Source: Bacteroidales bacterium
Lineage (GTDB): Bacteria > Bacteroidota > Bacteroidia > Bacteroidales > UBA4181
NCBI GenBank assembly: GCA_031265445.1
Contig: JAISCQ010000196.1
Coordinates: forward strand, 1,663 to 65,662
Direction of reading: 5' to 3'
Length of the DNA stretch: 64,000 nt
Shown: one piece after another, positions 59,852-64,000 of the stretch
Position numbering within the stretch: the first letter of the stretch is position 1
How the letters are laid out: each line of letters begins with the position of its first letter
Made by a program: the position numbers and the translations under genes
Notes under the pieces: generated by a model
What the model was told of the DNA's origin: nothing
What the model saw: only the letters and a program-made list of their open reading frames with translations
Database searches by the model: none

Positions 59852-61636
59852 TCATTTAACCGGCATGTGATACATATAAACCGTTCCTTTTGCGGGCGTA
59901 TGCTCTACGCTCGCTTTTGCGCCGTTTCGAAGGGTACATTCGGCGAAAATATTAAAATCCGGGTCGGCGGTGTAGGTCGCTTTCCCTGTCGTTTCAAGTT
60001 CTGCAATGCGCTGAGCGAATATATCCTTCTCTAAGGTCTGATCCTTATTTTCGGGATCGGCAATACGGATGGCCGCATACCTGCCGTCCCCGCCGGAGAC
60101 CGATATTTGTACGACGGCGTTTTTTGCCGCGTTCCTGACCAGACTGAAAAAAAGACGCTCCAGCGCAATGATCAGCATATACCTGTCGCCCCTGACCATT
60201 ACCGGCGAATGGGCGGATAACCGGTATGCGATGAATTCGGATGCAAACCCGATCCTGTAAAAGGCGACCAATTGTCGGACGATTCCGCTGATATCGAAAT
60301 CGGTTTTTCCGGGCGTCATCTCCGGATTCGTTTCTACCCAGTCGAGCAAATCGTCGATCAGGCGATCCACCTTTTGTATGTTTTCCTCAAACTCGGTCAA
60401 ATAGTGGGTCAATACCGGATCCTCCGCTTCAAACACCTGTTTCAGGCAATAATGCACCCCAGTCTTGTACTGGTACATAATTTTCATCAAATGGTTTTTC
60501 ATTCTCGAATGTAAACCGTTTGTCCGGTGATTCTTCATATCGGTTAGAGCGTCGCTGTTTTTTCGTTGATACCGGGCCGATTTGAAATAATAAAGCAGGC
60601 TGGCGCCTGCTAATACTACTCCCGACAGGATGCCGGCCACTAAGAAATTCTTTTTTAAAACCCGCGCCCTGTCTTCCGCAATACTGTCCATCATGGTATA
60701 AATCAGGTCATCGGGGAAATAGAGGTTGGAAGAACATTTGAAAATGCTGTCGCGCAAAGCAACGTTTTTCTTTAAAAAATCCAAAGCCAGGCTTTCTTTG
60801 TTTTCGGCCTGGGCAATCTGTGACGACAGCTCATAATTATGTGCGATACCCATTAATATTTTGTTTTTCCGGACAATCGCCAGGCTTTTTTCCACATGTC
60901 CCCATGCCTGTTCCGTATCGCCTTCGCGCAGTTTCAACTGTCCCATCCGAAATTCATACATCGCATTCAGGGGACATGCCCCGCTGTGCTGTTGCAAATA
61001 CCGGCGCGTATCCTCCAGATAAGCGGCCGCCCCGGCGGTGCGCCCAAGCGCCAGCATGCCCCGGGCGATATTATAGCCCAGCCATGCCCGGGCCAAAGGA
61101 CTCAACGGTTGCGTGTCAATCGGCAGCAATTCATTCAGGTCGACTTCCCGGTCGTTGCGGATCATATTAAAGCTGTTGAGGTTGGAAACGGCTAATTCTA
61201 CGCTGTCCGACTGTTCGCAGTACTGCCAGCACTTACGAAAGTAGTACTGCGCCTGTTCGGGACTGAAAAGATAATGCAGGCGTGCCAGCAGGTCGTATCC
61301 CACAGCCAGCATTTCCTTGTCGTTAAGCCGTTTGGCAATCGCCAGCGCTCTTTTGGTTTCGACCAGCGACATGGAGTATTGCGCCTGCCAGTAAAGGACG
61401 CGCGCCGCCTGAAACAGGCACTCGGCCTGCATCCGCTCGTCGCCCTTATCTTCCGCCAACCGGATTAGCGTCCGGTAGTGCAGGCTAACTACATCAAACG
61501 ACTCCTCGGTTTCTATCAGTTTGCGGATGGATTGGGATCGTATCCGGCTGTGGTCATGCAGGTCTCTTACCGGTTCGCCCGGATGCACAGACAGAAAAGG
61601 ATACAGCAGGATTATCAGGATTGTATACCGTCTCAT
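59852..61636 (-). CDS. Signal peptide, TPR repeats, one TM segment, and a degenerate histidine-kinase-like domain, paralog B
   Basis: Track ORF 59852..61738 (TTG start), trimmed to ATG 61636 (MRRYTILIILLYPFLSVH). It has a DHp-like HLMKIMYQYKTGVHYC, retains an N-box-like LVRNAAKNA, and lacks DxGxG and GxGxG. Confidence 0.7.
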   Translation of the reverse strand: MRRYTILIILLYPFLSVHPGEPVRDLHDHSRIRSQSIRKLIETEESFDVVSLHYRTLIRLAEDKGDERMQAECLFQAARVLYWQAQYSMSLVETKRALAIAKRLNDKEMLAVGYDLLARLHYLFSPEQAQYYFRKCWQYCEQSDSVELAVSNLNSFNMIRNDREVDLNELLPIDTQPLSPLARAWLGYNIARGMLALGRTAGAAAYLEDTRRYLQQHSGACPLNAMYEFRMGQLKLREGDTEQAWGHVEKSLAIVRKNKILMGIAHNYELSSQIAQAENKESLALDFLKKNVALRDSIFKCSSNLYFPDDLIYTMMDSIAEDRARVLKKNFLVAGILSGVVLAGASLLYYFKSARYQRKNSDALTDMKNHRTNGLHSRMKNHLMKIMYQYKTGVHYCLKQVFEAEDPVLTHYLTEFEENIQKVDRLIDDLLDWVETNPEMTPGKTDFDISGIVRQLVAFYRIGFASEFIAYRLSAHSPVMVRGDRYMLIIALERLFFSLVRNAAKNAVVQISVSGGDGRYAAIRIADPENKDQTLEKDIFAQRIAELETTGKATYTADPDFNIFAECTLRNGAKASVEHTPAKGTVYMYHMPVK

Positions 61637-61827
61637 TGAACCGAAAATTGAAAACCGCGTGAGACCGCTGCGCCGTGTTTTCATATAAAATAGCGCGGCC
61701 GATCGCCACATATCATCATCCACCTGTTTCAAAAACAAACGTAACGCGGTTTTGTTGATGTATCAATGGTAATATTTGACGGCTTTATCCTGCCTTTGAA
61801 TGAGGCGGCTTTTTTAGCCGTTCCCGG

Positions 61828-61902
61828 GGTGGAAGATGGGATTCGAACCCACGACCAACGGAACCACAATCCGCTACTCTAACCTGCTGAGCTACATCCA
61901 CC
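61828..61902 (-). tRNA. tRNA-His (anticodon GTG) with a genome-encoded G-1
   Basis: The reverse complement reads G-GTGGATG-TA-GCTC...GCGGA-TTGTGGT-TCCGT...GTGGG-TTCGAAT-CCCAT-CTTCCAC-C. There is one U-U mismatch in the acceptor stem, and G-1 lies opposite C73. Confidence 0.85.
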
Positions 61903-61919
61903 GTTTTACTTTGCGGGTG

Positions 61920-61951
61920 CAAAGGTAAAATATTATTTTTGATCTGCACAA
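61920..61951 (-). promoter_or_regulatory. Bacteroidetes-type promoter of tRNA-His (-7 TACCTTTG)
   Basis: The minus strand reads GGTTGTGCAGATCAAAAATAATATTTTACCTTTGCACCCGCAAAG. It shares TTTGCACCC with the tRNA-Val promoter. Confidence 0.6.
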
Positions 61952-62109
61952 CCTTTGATGCAAAATTCTTGCTTATATTTGCATCGTTCTTTTATATGAA
62001 CCGTAAAATGCTTTTGTGCTTGTTGCCCATAACATTCAAAATAAATAAAGTGGCATATCATCTGCTGGTATTGTGCCCGGAGCTGTTGCACATGAAAAAA
62101 TAATCTGGC

Positions 62110-63453
62110 GTGGCATTACCTTTCAAAATAAATAATGTTTCGGCGCTCCAGATGTTTCAGTTTCTGCGCTTCCTGTGCTTTTTGACGATCAGCATTTACT
62201 TCACCAAGGTACCGTTGTCTCGCGAAGACATTGGTAGTTGGGAAATGTTGATGTTCATCAGCGGCGCCCTCAGTTATTTTTGGGTGACGGGTATTCTGCA
62301 ATCATTCCTGCCGCTGTCGCAACGCAGCATGGCTTTTGTGCAGCACAAGCGTGTAGACGGCAAGTCGCCCGAACTGTTTAATGCTTTTGTTCTGCTGCTG
62401 GCTTTCAGTATTGCTTTTGCACTGCTTATCCTGCTGATGTACGGCTACGGCAAATCACACACCGAAACGCCCAAAATACCCTATCCCGGCCTGCTGATCA
62501 TCTACTTCATCCTGAGCAACACCTCGCCGCTCATCGAACATATTTTCCTCATACAGGATAAGCCCCGGCAGATCTTCCGGTATGGTATCATCTCCACGAT
62601 CGTACAGATACTTGCAGTATGTGTGCCGGTGATGTCAGGCATGGGGCTTCAATCGGCCATATGGGGGCTGATTATTGCCAATGCATTGCGTTTCTTCTTC
62701 CTGCTGTTCCTGCTGTTCCGCCATGCCGAGTTCAGGCTGTCCATGCCGTTTATCCTCAATAACCTGTACGTGGGATATCCGATCATGTTCAGCGCTTTGC
62801 TCAGCGGTTCCACACAATACGTGGACAGCCTTGTGGCAACGATCGCTTTTGATGCCAGGGATTTTGCCATTTTCCGCTACGGCTGCAAGGAACTGCCCTT
62901 TGTGGTAATGATGACTTCGGGACTGAACAATGCGCTGATCCCTGCTTTCTCCATCAAGAAAAACATACCCCGTGTTTTGGCGGAAATCAAAAAAAAGTCG
63001 CTCCGGCAGATGCACGTCCTGTATCCATTATCCATACTGTTCATGTTCTTCAGCAAGATGCTGTACGGACAGGTGCTTTTTAATCCGGAATTTAACCGCA
63101 GCGCCGACGTGTTCATGGTGTACCAATTGATGATTATCAGCCGGGTAGTGTTTCCCCAAACTATTCTTATCGGCCTGAAGAAAACGCGGATCCTGATGTG
63201 GGCTGCTGTCGTCGAAATTGCATTGAACATACCCCTTTCGCTTTTCTTTGTGCAATATTATGGCGTAGTAGGCATCGCACTGGGTTCGGGGCTTATACAT
63301 ATCCTCGAAAAGTTTATACTCATGTGGTACAATTATCGCAAGTTGGGCATTTCACCCAAAACGTATACCCCTTTGGCCTGGTACGTATTTTATTCGACGC
63401 TCATCGGCATCGTTTTCATACTGATCGACCACAAAATTGTTTACATCCCGTAA
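62110..63453 (+). CDS. Polysaccharide/oligosaccharide flippase-like membrane protein (MOP superfamily)
   Basis: 447-aa ORF (GTG start; an internal ATG is also possible) with about 12-14 TM segments. Its length and topology are typical of Wzx/polysaccharide-biosynthesis proteins. The family assignment is by recall. Confidence 0.6.
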   Translation: MALPFKINNVSALQMFQFLRFLCFLTISIYFTKVPLSREDIGSWEMLMFISGALSYFWVTGILQSFLPLSQRSMAFVQHKRVDGKSPELFNAFVLLLAFSIAFALLILLMYGYGKSHTETPKIPYPGLLIIYFILSNTSPLIEHIFLIQDKPRQIFRYGIISTIVQILAVCVPVMSGMGLQSAIWGLIIANALRFFFLLFLLFRHAEFRLSMPFILNNLYVGYPIMFSALLSGSTQYVDSLVATIAFDARDFAIFRYGCKELPFVVMMTSGLNNALIPAFSIKKNIPRVLAEIKKKSLRQMHVLYPLSILFMFFSKMLYGQVLFNPEFNRSADVFMVYQLMIISRVVFPQTILIGLKKTRILMWAAVVEIALNIPLSLFFVQYYGVVGIALGSGLIHILEKFILMWYNYRKLGISPKTYTPLAWYVFYSTLIGIVFILIDHKIVYIP

Positions 63454-63606
63454 TTGATGCAGATGGTTCATTTGTAAATAACAGGGCTTGCTCCGGGCTT
63501 GCAGGCTCAGCGGAGTTATTTTTCGATTTTCACTTCTCAAAATTCAATTCCTTATTATCTTTGCCGTTCGATTCAATCGAATATTCACCTGATTTCAAAA
63601 AATAAT

Positions 63607-64000
63607 ATGTACCGGACAAATACCTGTGGAGAACTGAATCTGAATCATGCAGGACAACGTGTTACCCTGTCGGGATGGGTACAGCGCACACGCGACCTGG
63701 GCGGGCTTACTTTCGTGGATTTGCGCGATCGCTACGGCATCACACAATTGTTTTTCAATATGGAAACCAATGCCGCTCTGTGCAATGAAGCACGGGCATT
63801 GGGACGCGAATATGTGATACAGGTCGAAGGCGTTGTTGCAGAACGCAGCAACAAAAACCTGAAAATGCCCACAGGAGAAATCGAAATTATGGTCAGCAGG
63901 ATCATCATTCTGAATAAAGCAGAGTTGCCGCCTTTTACCATCGAAGACGATACCGACGGCGGCGACGAATTGCGCATGAAGTACCGCTATCTGGATTTGC
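63607..64000 (+). CDS. aspS: Aspartate--tRNA ligase, N-terminal part (continues beyond the window)
   Basis: Not in the ORF track because it is edge-truncated. Manual translation from ATG 63607: [50 protein letters not shown]...RMKYRYLDL. This is a typical AspRS anticodon-binding OB fold followed by the start of the catalytic core. Confidence 0.9.
   Translation, partial: MYRTNTCGELNLNHAGQRVTLSGWVQRTRDLGGLTFVDLRDRYGITQLFFNMETNAALCNEARALGREYVIQVEGVVAERSNKNLKMPTGEIEIMVSRIIILNKAELPPFTIEDDTDGGDELRMKYRYLDL

Overview
A chromosomal segment from a member of the Bacteroidota, probably Bacteroidales-like. The assignment rests on a SusC/SusD pair, BACON domains, T9SS C-terminal sorting domains, lipoprotein signals of the L-x-x-C type, TAnnTTTG -7 promoter boxes, and the gene order tRNA(Thr-Tyr-Gly-Thr)-tuf-tRNA(Trp)-secE-nusG-rplKAJL-rpoBC. 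The window has three parts. (1) Bases 1-23.4 kb hold a minus-strand PUL-like cluster with atypical cargo. In transcription order it encodes a BACONx3/M64-like lipoprotein, a BACON lipoprotein, SusC, SusD, an LRR lipoprotein, a remnant of a peptidase-S74 chaperone domain, a 1166-aa LTD-CotH-T9SS protein, an (alpha/alpha)6 glycosidase-like protein, two tandemly duplicated BACONx3/M64-like lipoproteins, and an isochorismatase-like::GH29 fucosidase fusion that runs off the window edge. No cognate regulator is present, and the intergenic gaps are unusually long and rich in repeats. (2) Bases 23.4-30.4 kb contain a (CT)24 microsatellite, a PD-(D/E)XK (Rpn-like) nuclease gene, secG, cbpA-cbpM and an orphan Cys-rich histidine kinase. 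(3) Bases 30.6-64 kb are mostly housekeeping genes (tuf, secE, nusG, rplKAJL, rpoBC, hisG, tyrS, efp, upp, aspS, tRNAs). Interspersed among them are a TolB-like CXXCH lipoprotein, a large polytopic membrane protein, a GAF histidine kinase, a BlaI/BlaR1-like pair and two paralogous TPR-TM pseudo-kinase proteins. The most unusual signals are non-coding: a 15-copy array of a 23-bp unit that carries a dyad-symmetric site; a 4.5-copy array of a 42-bp double-hairpin unit that exactly fills an intergenic spacer, with a dispersed inverted copy 40 kb away; a nested inverted-repeat structure (31/31 bp and 19/20 bp arms) flanking 292 bp; and a roughly 98-bp CTGTCAGGGTCAAGACC repeat family inside the PUL. 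I found no CRISPR array, rRNA, intact mobile element or recognisable defence system. All calls come from reading the sequence and the ORF track; no database search was run.
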